Origin: Thermoplasmatales archaeon SW_10_69_26
Lineage (GTDB): Archaea; Thermoplasmatota; SW-10-69-26
NCBI GenBank assembly: GCA_003009755.1
Contig: PXUB01000025.1
Coordinates: forward strand, 9,393-73,392
Direction: 5' to 3'
Length of the DNA: 64,000 bases
Shown here: piece by piece, positions 36,890-45,462 of the stretch
Layout of the letters: every line of letters begins with the position of its first letter
How positions within the stretch are numbered: position 1 is the first letter of the stretch
The notes under the pieces: model-generated
Told to the model about the DNA's origin: nothing
Databases searched by the model: none
The model's input: the letters and a program-made list of their open reading frames with translations, nothing else
Program-made: the position numbers and the translations under genes

Positions 36890-37633
36890 ATGTTCATCCC
36901 TCTCGAAGGCCCTGGTTGCGGTGGTTGCGTTCCGATGGCTCCATTGGCTCCCGATACCGAGGTCGAACAGCAGGTCGAGATGAGCGTCGAACTGTCGTGC
37001 CACCAGATCGGCTTCTCGCCGCCGCCGTACGATTGCCACCTCCGGTTGCTGGATCTGGAGGACAGCTGGGTGGGGTACGCGTGGAGCCACGGAGCAGCGA
37101 TCGATGCGTTCCATCGGTGGTTGGCCCGCAACCTCGATCTCGAGCGCACGCGGCTGCAGGAGACCTCGCGCCGCGTGCTGATCGCGCACTTCGAGACCCC
37201 GCCTCGCTCCTTCCAGCACTTGCTCGACCGGGCCGACATGCGGCTGGCGCTGCTGCGGGCCGACGGCTCGGCGGCGTTGAGCGTCGCCGGTGCGCGCTCG
37301 GACGTCCGCGAGCTGTTGGACGCGCTGGAGAACAGCTCGTCGAACGTCGAGGTGACCGACGTCCGCATGCCCTCCGAGTCCCGCCCGGACACGTTGCTCA
37401 CCACCGAGCAGCACCGGGCGATCGGGACCGCCTTCGAGGAGGGCTACTTCGACGTACCTCGCCGCGTGCGGTTGGCCGATCTGGCCGAGCGGTTGGGCAC
37501 GAGCACGAGCGCGCTGTCCGAGACGCTTCGCCGGGGATTGTACCGGCTCGTGGAAGCCCACCTGACGGTGCCGGTGGAGGGCGCCCACGAGAACCTGCAG
37601 GCCGCCAAGGCCCAAGCCGACGTCCACGCCTGA
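36890..37633 (+). CDS. Halobacterial HTH_10 (bacterio-opsin activator-type) DNA-binding protein.
   Basis: C-terminal LTTEQHRAIGTAFEEGYFDVPRRVRLADLAERLGTSTSALSETLRRGLYRLVEAHL is the HTH_10 signature. The true start may be the internal ATG at about 36935. Confidence 0.7.
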   Translation: MFIPLEGPGCGGCVPMAPLAPDTEVEQQVEMSVELSCHQIGFSPPPYDCHLRLLDLEDSWVGYAWSHGAAIDAFHRWLARNLDLERTRLQETSRRVLIAHFETPPRSFQHLLDRADMRLALLRADGSAALSVAGARSDVRELLDALENSSSNVEVTDVRMPSESRPDTLLTTEQHRAIGTAFEEGYFDVPRRVRLADLAERLGTSTSALSETLRRGLYRLVEAHLTVPVEGAHENLQAAKAQADVHA

Positions 37634-38088
37634 GCGAGGGCCCGCTGAGCCCGAGCCTCGCGCCGTCCTCAGTCGGCTTCCCCCTCGGCGGTGAAGCGGA
37701 CCGCGCTCGTGCTCGCGCCGATCCTGGCCATCTCGACCGCGTTGGCCGGCTGCATCGGTGACCCCGATGCGCCGGTCGACGCGGCCGGCGACGAGACCGC
37801 CACCGACACCTCCGATCCCCGGACCCCGGAGACGAACGGGAGCGGGTCCCAGGCTCACCTGGCCGGAGTCGCAGGGCAACGCCTCGCTGCCCACGGACAT
37901 GACCGACGTCGAGCACTGCGAGGTGTTCGGGCAGGCCCGCGAGCGCGCCCAGCAGACGCTGGCCGAGCACGGAATCCACGAGCCGGCCGACCTGTCGGCG
38001 GTGACGCCGGCTCGCTGAGCCGGTCGTGTTGGGCCCGGGCCGAACGGTTACCGATGGCATATCCAAGGGGAGAGCTCATCGGGCCACG

Positions 38089-38556
38089 ATGCGAACGACG
38101 CCGATCCTGGCCGCGGCCCTCCTGTTGGCCGCAGCGCTCGTGGGATGCCTGGAGCCGTCCCCATCCTCGCCCCCGACGGGTCCGATCGCCTTCGAGACGG
38201 TCGAGAAGGGGCAAGGCTCCGGCGTCGAGGACCGAAAGGCGCTGGAGATCCGCAACGACACTGCCGTCTTCAACCTCTGGGTCCGCCACGATCCCGCCAC
38301 GAACGACCACCCCGACCCCCCGGCGGTCGACTTCTCGCAGAAGACCGTGCTCGCCGTTTTCGAGGGCCTTGACGCCTCCACGTGCCGATCGGCCGAGGTG
38401 ACGAACGTCACCGGCCTCGACAACGGCACGATCCAGGCCGAGTGGAACCTCACGCCCGTCGCGGAGGAGGCGTGCGAGGGGGGCAACGGCTCGGCGTTCC
38501 ACATGGTCGCGATCGACCGATACGACGCCGAGATCGCCTTCGTGCTCGAGGACTGA
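38089..38556 (+). CDS. Sec-type lipoprotein, hypothetical.
   Basis: MRTTPILAAALLLAAALVGC (lipobox VGC), followed by ...NDTAVFNLWV..., NVTGLDNGT sequons and 2 Cys. Confidence 0.5.
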   Translation: MRTTPILAAALLLAAALVGCLEPSPSSPPTGPIAFETVEKGQGSGVEDRKALEIRNDTAVFNLWVRHDPATNDHPDPPAVDFSQKTVLAVFEGLDASTCRSAEVTNVTGLDNGTIQAEWNLTPVAEEACEGGNGSAFHMVAIDRYDAEIAFVLED

Positions 38557-38629
38557 GACACCCGGCCGACCCCGGCTCCACCGGAAACGGCCCCGACCAG
38601 CTATACCCGGGCCCTCCCTTGGCGGCCCC

Positions 38630-39199
38630 ATGGCCTCCTACCAGACGAAGCTCAAGATCGGGCGCAAGCTCGAGGGGGTCGACACCGACACCGCCTCGGA
38701 CAACCAGATCTCCCTGCTCCTCCGCTACGACGAGGAGACGGGTGCCGAGGACCACGTCAGCGTGTCGATCGAGTCCGACGCGATGACCGTCGACGACGTC
38801 TTCGGGCTGCTCGCGTTCCTGGACGAGCGCGGCGTCCTCACCTCCAGCGAGTGCAAGACCTGGCTCCACCAGTCCAAGGCCAGCCGCGAGGAGCACGGCG
38901 GCACGACGGAGTGGGCCGGCGAGGACCTCGAACGCAAGGTCTCGATGGCGAAGAAGGGCCTGCGGACCCGGTCCGGGGGCGAGGAGGGCAGCGAGCGCGC
39001 TCGCAAGCAGGCGCTGGTCAAGGTCAACGAGCTCGAGCGCGAGCTCGGCGAGCTCAAGGCCACGCTGCGCGGCTCCGACGAGGACGATGACGCCGGCGAG
39101 CCCGAGACCGGCGCGACGAGCGTCGGCGAGAGGGACGAGCCCGATGCCGACGGGTCCGAGACCGACGACAGCGGTCCGACCCCGCCGAACGCGTTGTGA
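38630..39199 (+). CDS. Acidic hypothetical protein with a coiled-coil C-terminus.
   Basis: 189-aa clean ORF (MASYQTKLKIGRKLEGVDTDTASDNQISLLLRYDEETGAEDHVSVSIESD...KVNELERELGELKATLRGSDEDDD...). Confidence 0.45.
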   Translation: MASYQTKLKIGRKLEGVDTDTASDNQISLLLRYDEETGAEDHVSVSIESDAMTVDDVFGLLAFLDERGVLTSSECKTWLHQSKASREEHGGTTEWAGEDLERKVSMAKKGLRTRSGGEEGSERARKQALVKVNELERELGELKATLRGSDEDDDAGEPETGATSVGERDEPDADGSETDDSGPTPPNAL

Positions 39200-39226
39200 G
39201 GAGCGGCCGCGGCGACGTCGGCGGGG

Positions 39227-39622
39227 TCACCCGTCGACGTCGAGGTCGGCGTCGACCTCGATGCCTTGCTCTTGGAAGAGCTGCTCGGCGACCTCCCAGG
39301 CGGTCCGCATGTGGGGGATGAAGATCGAGCCGCCGACGACGAGCGCGACGTTGAGCGCGTCCATCACCTCGTCCGGCTGGGCCTCGTGCTCGGTGATCAA
39401 CACGTCGAGGTGGTAGGCGATGCAGTCGTTGCATCGCAGCACGCAGCTGGCGACCAGCCCCATCCACTCCTTCGTGGTCGCGTCCAGCGCGCCGTCCTCG
39501 TAGGCGCGCGAGTCGAGGTTGAAGAACCGCTTGACGCCGAGGTGATCTTGGCCGAGGATCTTGTCGTTGGCTCGCTCGCGGGCCTCGCGGAACTCGTCCA
39601 CGTCCATGTGCTCGTGGCTCAT
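39227..39622 (-). CDS. Carboxymuconolactone decarboxylase (AhpD-like) family protein.
   Basis: 131 aa from the internal ATG. ...TKEWMGLVASCVLRCNDCIAYHLDVL... contains the CxxC/H signature of the AhpD/CMD core. Confidence 0.6.
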   Translation of the reverse strand: MSHEHMDVDEFREARERANDKILGQDHLGVKRFFNLDSRAYEDGALDATTKEWMGLVASCVLRCNDCIAYHLDVLITEHEAQPDEVMDALNVALVVGGSIFIPHMRTAWEVAEQLFQEQGIEVDADLDVDG

Positions 39623-39701
39623 CACCGGGGCAGGCCGGTCGTGGACGAAAGCCTTGGCCTCGACCCGCCCGCTTTTCAACCCCGGGTCGTCTGTCGCGGC
39701 G

Positions 39702-40199
39702 ATGCGCTCGGAAAAGATCGAGGCGAACCTCGACACGATCGAGGAGTGGCTGACCCACGACCGGTTCCAGGTGACGGAGGTCGAGGACCCGCAAAGCCAC
39801 GTGACCCTGGAGGCCGAGCGCGCCGAGGACTTCACCTACTCGATCGTGCACCCCGACCCCGACGCCGATCACGTCTTCGTGGGCCTGGCGCTCCCGGGCG
39901 AGGCCATCGACGAGGCTCTGGCGGACGCCACCGAGGAGGAGACCGAGGTCTTCCTGGCCGACCTGCGGTTCGGGCTGCTCGGCATGGACGTCGAGTTCGA
40001 GGGGCTGGAGGTCGGCACCCCGCGCGTCACGCTGTTCATCCCGGCCTACTTCGACGGGCTCTCCAAAGACCGGTTCATGGAGAAGCTGCGCAAGGTGAAG
40101 AACGCCGGCCTGTTCCTCGAGTGGTCGCTGGCCCCCGTCGAGGAGGAGCTCGATCGCTCGCCCGACCCGGCCGCGGGCGGGGACCGGTACATCCGGTGA
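39702..40199 (+). CDS. Acidic hypothetical protein (165 aa).
   Basis: Clean ORF from an internal ATG: MRSEKIEANLDTIEEWLTHDRFQVTEVEDPQSHVTLEAERAEDFTYSIVHPDPDADHVFVGLALPGEA.... It resembles small YbjN/DUF2299-like sensory-regulator-fold proteins. Unverified. Confidence 0.4.
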   Translation: MRSEKIEANLDTIEEWLTHDRFQVTEVEDPQSHVTLEAERAEDFTYSIVHPDPDADHVFVGLALPGEAIDEALADATEEETEVFLADLRFGLLGMDVEFEGLEVGTPRVTLFIPAYFDGLSKDRFMEKLRKVKNAGLFLEWSLAPVEEELDRSPDPAAGGDRYIR

Positions 40200-40323
40200 C
40201 CCGTCGGACCCGCCCGCGAGGATCGCGTGGGCGGGGCTAGACTGTCGCTGCTCGTCCTGCCCGTGCTCGGCAAGCTGATCGGGGATCGGGTCCGAGCCGA
40301 CCTCCGCCTGAGGGATCGATCGA

Positions 40324-41629
40324 TCAGTCCTGCTCGCCCTCGTCCTCGTCGTCGCCAGCGTCGAGCCCTTCGCCGAGGACGTCGGCGTCCATGTAGGGCG
40401 CGAGCGCGTCGGGCACGTCGACGGTGCCGTCGGCGTTCTGGTTGTTCTCGAGGATGGCGACCATCGCGCGACTGGTGGCGATCGCGGTCGCGTTGAGGGT
40501 GTGGGCGGTCTCCTTGTCGCCACCGTGCTTGCCGGCGCGCCTGGTAGTCGGTGCAGTTGCTGCAGGAGACGACCTCGCGGTAGGACGCGGTGCGGGGACT
40601 GTAAACCTCGATGTCGTACTTCTTGGCGGCGACGGTGCCGATGTCGCCGGTGCAGACGTTCACGACGCGGTAGGGTAGATCCAGCGCGTCGAAGAGGTGC
40701 TCGGCGTTGGCCAAAAGCTCCTCGTGGATCTCCCAGGAGTCCTCGGGTTCGCAGAAGACGAACTGCTCGACCTTCTGGAACTGGTGCATGCGGAACAGGC
40801 CCTTCGTGTCGATGCCGTGGGAGCCGATCTCGCGACGGAAGCAGTTCGAGAGCCCGGCCATGCGGATCGGGAGATCGTCCTCGTCGACGATCTCGTCCAT
40901 GTACATCGCGCCCAGCGGGTGCTCGCTGGTGGCGATCAGGTACTCGTCGTGGTCCTCGACCTTGTACATCACGTCCTCGAAGTCGGCGAGGTCGGTGACG
41001 CCCTCGTAGGGCTGGCGTCGCATCATCAACGGCGTGGTGACCTGCTCGTAGCCTTGCTCGACGAGGTGGTCGAGCGCGAACCGCTGCAGGGCGCGATCGA
41101 GCTCGACGAGGTCGCCTTTCAGGTAGGCGAACCCGGCGCCGGAGACCTTGGCGGCGCGCTCGAAGTCGGCCAGGTCCTGGCGCTCGATCAGCTCGCCGTG
41201 GGGCAGCAGGTCGTGGTCGGGGACCGTGGGGTCGCCCACGCGGCGAACCTCCTGGTTGTCGTCCTCGTCCTCGCCCTTGGGGACGCTGTCGTGGAGGAGG
41301 TTGGGCAACCGGAGGAGGCCTTCGTCGCGGGTGTCCTTGGCCCGCTCGACGTCCTGCTCGACCTCGGTGATCTCCTGGCTGAGCGCCTCGGCGCGCCGTT
41401 GGACCTGTTCGGCTTCCTCGTCCTCGCCCTCGCGCTTGAGCTCGCCGATGCGTTCGCCGAGCTGGTTGCGCTCGTGGCGGAGCTCGTCCAGCCGGTTGCG
41501 GCCCTCGCGCCAGGTGTCGTCGGCCGCGATCACGGAATCCAGGCGCTCGAGGAGCTCGGGGTCCTCGCGGCGGCGGAGGTTCTCGCGGACGCGGTCGGTC
41601 TCCTCCCGGATCACCGAGATGTCGAGCAT
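40324..41629 (-). CDS. serS: Seryl-tRNA synthetase with an apparent +1 frameshift near the C-terminus.
   Basis: The N-terminal ~365 aa ([18 protein letters not shown]...coiled-coil...[34 protein letters not shown]...[14 protein letters not shown]) are canonical class II SerRS. After YQARR the listed frame becomes Arg-rich nonsense. The +1 frame reads ...[69 protein letters not shown] (motif 3 region) and stops at 40324. Span = 1306 nt = 3n+1. The shift lies at about 40531-40545 and is not in a homopolymer. Confidence 0.8.
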
Positions 41630-41762
41630 CGTTCCCGCCAGGCCCGCGAGAGCCAAAGGGTTTGCCGTTCCTGTCGCCCGGTTTGTCGCCCGCGTGCAAA
41701 CCGAACGATGAAGTGGTTTCCCGCTCACTTTGAAACCTGTCGAGAGGCCTGGAGGGTCCACG

Positions 41763-43022
41763 ATGCGAATCCACACCGTACTGGTAGCCGCGCTCATGCT
41801 CACCGCCGGTTGTGTCGGAACAGCCCAGGACGACACCGAGACCGAACCGGCGTCCACGCCGACCTCGGACGCCAACGAGACGACCAGGCGCGAGGAGACG
41901 CGCACGTTCACCTACGAGCAGAACGTGGGCCTCACGGTCACCGACGCCGAGGCGCAGGTCGGAACGATGGGGACCCCCAGCCTGGCTCCCGCGATCGGCG
42001 ACATGGAGCTGACGCTCTCCTGGAACGAGCCCGCGAACGGGTTCGCGCTCGACGTAGAGCTGGCCGACGGATCCACCACCCGGGTCGAGGCCCCCGACGA
42101 TCCCAGCGCCACGAGCACCGGCGCCGAGATCTCGGTCGACGGCCAACCTGCCGGCACGTACCAGTTCGACCTCGTGGCCCCCGACGGCACCACCGTCTCC
42201 GACACGGTCACGCTTGAGGGCACGGTCACGATCGTGCTCGGCGAGACCGCCTCCGACGAGGTGTCCACGAACGACGTCGAGACCGAACGCACCGACGACG
42301 GGTGGCTCGCGACCCAGACCTTCGAAGACACCGGTCAACCCGGGTCCCAAGCAGACCTCGACGCCGACACCGTGAACGGTGCGATCGAGCTGGCCGGAAG
42401 CGCCGACGAGGCCCGCGCCGTCGTCACCGCGTACGCGGAGGCCGACAGCGAAGACGAGGCGATCGACCGCGTCCAGGACATCCAGGTCACCGTCCGTGTC
42501 CAAGACGGCGAGGTCACCGCCAGGGCGGAGGTGCCCGACGACGACTGGGAGGACCGCGGCGCGAACGTCGACGCCGACGTCACCGACGAGACCACGCTGG
42601 GCGGCGAAGCGGATACGACGAACGGCGCGATCACGCTCGACGAGAGCCGCGTGACCGGGATCAGGCTCGACACGACGAACGGACCGATCCAGGGTTCGGT
42701 CAGTCCCAGCGACCGGATCGAGGCCGGCACGACGAACGGCGCGATCGAACTCGACGTCGAGCCCACGGAATCGGCGGAACTCGAGATGGGGACCACGAAC
42801 GGCGCGATCGAGCTGGGCCTCACCGAAAACGAGGACATCGCGTACGAGGTCGACGCCAGCACCACGAACGACCGCATCAGCGAGGCTATGGACGAAGCCG
42901 AACTCGAGCGCCAAGGCGAGGGCCAGGCCACGCTCGTCACCGAGAACGGCGAGGCCCGCCCCATCCAGGTCACCGGCGAGACCGACACCACGAACGGCGC
43001 GATCGCGTTCCAGGGACGCTGA
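41763..43022 (+). CDS. DUF4097-family (putative adhesin, beta-helical) lipoprotein.
   Basis: MRIHTVLVAALMLTAGC lipobox. Seven repeats of the TxNG(A/P)I motif (TVNGAIEL, TTNGAITL, TTNGPIQG, TTNGAIEL x2, TTNDRISE, TTNGAIAF), characteristic of DUF4097. Confidence 0.7.
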   Translation: MRIHTVLVAALMLTAGCVGTAQDDTETEPASTPTSDANETTRREETRTFTYEQNVGLTVTDAEAQVGTMGTPSLAPAIGDMELTLSWNEPANGFALDVELADGSTTRVEAPDDPSATSTGAEISVDGQPAGTYQFDLVAPDGTTVSDTVTLEGTVTIVLGETASDEVSTNDVETERTDDGWLATQTFEDTGQPGSQADLDADTVNGAIELAGSADEARAVVTAYAEADSEDEAIDRVQDIQVTVRVQDGEVTARAEVPDDDWEDRGANVDADVTDETTLGGEADTTNGAITLDESRVTGIRLDTTNGPIQGSVSPSDRIEAGTTNGAIELDVEPTESAELEMGTTNGAIELGLTENEDIAYEVDASTTNDRISEAMDEAELERQGEGQATLVTENGEARPIQVTGETDTTNGAIAFQGR

Positions 43023-43040
43023 CGCGACCGGTCCCGCGAG

Positions 43041-43481
43041 TCACGGGCCGTCGATCTCCCGCTCGGTCAGCTCGCGCTCGAGCACGTCCCCCATCTCGTC
43101 GACGTGCACGGGGAACAGGCCGATCACGTCGTAGCCGTGCTCCTCGTAGATCTCCATCTTCTCCGCCATGCGGTCCTCGTAGCTGGCCTGGCCAGCCATG
43201 CCCCAGTACTCGATCAGGACGTCCGTGCCCTCGAGGCGGAAGTCCGGCGTGAGGCCGCCGGCCACGGTCGGCTCGTAGACGTAGGCGATGCCCTCGCGGG
43301 TCAGCCAGTTGGCGATCCGTTGTTCGCCCTTGCTGGCCACCCAGGGACCCTCGCGGGTGGGCAGCGGGCGCCCAGGGGGGTGGTCCTCGCCGTCGGGCTC
43401 CTCGACGTGGGCCAACAGCCAGAGGCCGGCGACGAGCGCGAGCCCGACGCCGATCGCCGCGAGGAGCGCGAGGGCGACCAC
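43041..43481 (-). CDS. Membrane-anchored protein with a putative PD-(D/E)xK / DUF559-like nuclease-fold domain.
   Basis: N-terminal TM (MVALALLAAIGVGLALVAGLWLLA), then ...SKGEQRIANWLTREGIAYVYEPTVAGGLTPDFRLEGTDVLIEYWGMAGQASYEDRMAEKMEIYEEHGYDVIGLF. The pattern E..I..WL...GI.Y.YE...PDF.L....IEY.G....Y..R...K...Y...G resembles Vsr/DUF559-type endonuclease domains. Assignment is tentative. Confidence 0.4.
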   Translation of the reverse strand: MVALALLAAIGVGLALVAGLWLLAHVEEPDGEDHPPGRPLPTREGPWVASKGEQRIANWLTREGIAYVYEPTVAGGLTPDFRLEGTDVLIEYWGMAGQASYEDRMAEKMEIYEEHGYDVIGLFPVHVDEMGDVLERELTEREIDGP

Positions 43482-43806
43482 GGTCGACCAGGCCCGGGGC
43501 CGACGAAACCGTTTGGGCCGGGCAGAGAGTTGGACGCTTGCGCCGAAACGATGCAGACGCGGCCAGCCGGCTGCCTGTCACGATGGAGCTGCGGATCGTA
43601 GTTCTCGTCGCCGCGTCGCTCGTCGGCCCCGAGCTGGCGCTGGGTTGGGAGGCGTCGGCCAACGGGTTCCCGCGCGCTCACGGTCCCGAGGGTCCAGCGA
43701 CGCATCGACGTCTCCAGCGGCGGCCCTGGGGCCGACCGGCGGCGTCGACCTGCTCGCCGCGTCGACGAACGGCGACGGGGCCGTCCGGGGACGCTGACGC
43801 CCAGCC

Positions 43807-45384
43807 TCACTCGGACGCCGTGGGCGGGTGCCCGTCGGGGTCCTCGGCATCGTCGAGCTCCTCGCGGGGGAGATCCTCGGCCAGCGGGTCCTCGCCTTCG
43901 CCCTCCCAGATCGTGCGTTGGGGGAACGGGATCGTGATGTCGCGTTGGCGGAACCCCTCGTCGATGCGGTTGCGGATCTCGCTGGCGATGCGGAACCGCT
44001 CGGGCACCTCATTGATGTAGAAGGCCAGCCGGAAGCGCAGCCCGTTGTCGCCGAACGCCTCGAAGAACAGGCGCGGCTCGGAGCCCGAGCCGGAGAGGAC
44101 GTCGGGGTGCTCGTTGACCTCGTCGAGGATGACCTCGCGGACCTCGGCCAGCGGCGAGCCGTAGGCGACGGAGAGGTCGAGGTGGATCCGGTAGCGGCGG
44201 TCGGGGTAGGCCAGGTTCGTGACGCGGGAGTTCTCGAGTTCGTTGTTGGGGGCCACGATCATCTCGTGGTTGCGGTAGTAGTACAGGCGGGTGCTGCGCA
44301 GCCCGATGCGGTCGACCCGGCAGACCTCGCCCGTGTCGAGCCGGATCTCGTCGCCCTCGCGGAAGGGCTGATCCATCAGGATGAACAGGCCGCTGAACAG
44401 GTTGGCCAGCGTCGGGCCCAGCGAGTTCGACAACACCAACCCGATCACGACACCGCCGGCCACCAGCCAGCCGAGATCGATGCCGACGCTTTGCAAGACG
44501 TAGAACAGCGCGAAGGCGCCGATCCCGGCGAGCAGCACCTTGCGCAGCACAGGGATGGCGACCTCCTCCCACCTCGTGCCGGTGCGAGGTTGCCCGCGAC
44601 TTCCGTAATACAGCAACAAGCTGTCGGCCACGCGGTAGCCGAGGAACGCCAAGGAGACCGCGAAGGCGGCCGTGAGCACGCTTCCGAACGTGCCCGGGAT
44701 CCCCTCGGGCGGGGCCAGCCGCCAGGTGTACTTGATGCCGGCGACGACGAGCGTGATGAACAGCGGGCCGTCGATCCGGTCGAGGACCTTGCTGCGCAGG
44801 CCTTTCGGGATGAACGTCATCCCGCGGTCGACCGCGACGTCGTTCATCCGCATCACGGCGAACGCCAGCGTGAGCCAGGTCACCATCTCGAGCGCGAACA
44901 CGCCGGTCGGGCCGTCGACCGGGGACGGCAGCGGGTTCTCCCAGCGGTCGAACACCAGCGCCGGCGCCTCGACGGCCGCGATCAGGTTCACGGTATGGCG
45001 TTCGGTGGTGGCGTCGGCCTGGTCGACGAGCGTGATCTGGATCTGACCTTCGTGGCGGCCGGCGCCCAGCGCTTGTCCGTCGGCGAGGACGGTGAGGTTC
45101 CTGGTCTCGTTCGCGGCCAACGTGAACTCGGACGGGGCCACCGACAGGCCCTCCTGGACGCCCTCGCCGAGCTGGGCCTGACCGAACAGGTCACGGTCGA
45201 CGGGGTTCCGCAGCTCGATCTCCTGCTCGGCGGCCTCGCCGGTCAACACCTCGAACCGGAGCTCGGTCGGGCTGACGAACGTCTGACCGAGGGCTGGCGC
45301 TGTGACGACGAGGAGGATGCCCAGCGCCAGCAAGCACCGCCTGAGCCGCACGACCGGTCCCACAGGGTCGGCGCTTATGAACAT
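43807..45384 (-). CDS. MscS-family mechanosensitive channel with an N-terminal extracytoplasmic domain.
   Basis: Signal/TM, then an extracellular region with a sequon (NETRNLT), then TM helices and the MscS core ...LANLFSGLFILMDQPFREGDEIRLDTGEVCRVDRIGLRSTRL...VAPNNELENSRVTNLAYPDRRYR.... Acidic C-tail. Confidence 0.8.
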   Translation of the reverse strand: MFISADPVGPVVRLRRCLLALGILLVVTAPALGQTFVSPTELRFEVLTGEAAEQEIELRNPVDRDLFGQAQLGEGVQEGLSVAPSEFTLAANETRNLTVLADGQALGAGRHEGQIQITLVDQADATTERHTVNLIAAVEAPALVFDRWENPLPSPVDGPTGVFALEMVTWLTLAFAVMRMNDVAVDRGMTFIPKGLRSKVLDRIDGPLFITLVVAGIKYTWRLAPPEGIPGTFGSVLTAAFAVSLAFLGYRVADSLLLYYGSRGQPRTGTRWEEVAIPVLRKVLLAGIGAFALFYVLQSVGIDLGWLVAGGVVIGLVLSNSLGPTLANLFSGLFILMDQPFREGDEIRLDTGEVCRVDRIGLRSTRLYYYRNHEMIVAPNNELENSRVTNLAYPDRRYRIHLDLSVAYGSPLAEVREVILDEVNEHPDVLSGSGSEPRLFFEAFGDNGLRFRLAFYINEVPERFRIASEIRNRIDEGFRQRDITIPFPQRTIWEGEGEDPLAEDLPREELDDAEDPDGHPPTASE

Positions 45385-45462
45385 GCGGGGTCCGGCGAGC
45401 GCCGGGCTCGATGGTCCAGCGGGCAGGAACGCTTATGTGCCGCCAGCGGGGCTGGTGACCTC

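Noticed and set aside
36575-36890. Possible structured RNA or tRNA in the HTH_10 upstream region (GGCCTGGTAGTGCAACGG...).
   Set aside because: It could not be folded into a cloverleaf (no matching 3' acceptor strand). It is more likely a 5' regulatory or leader region.
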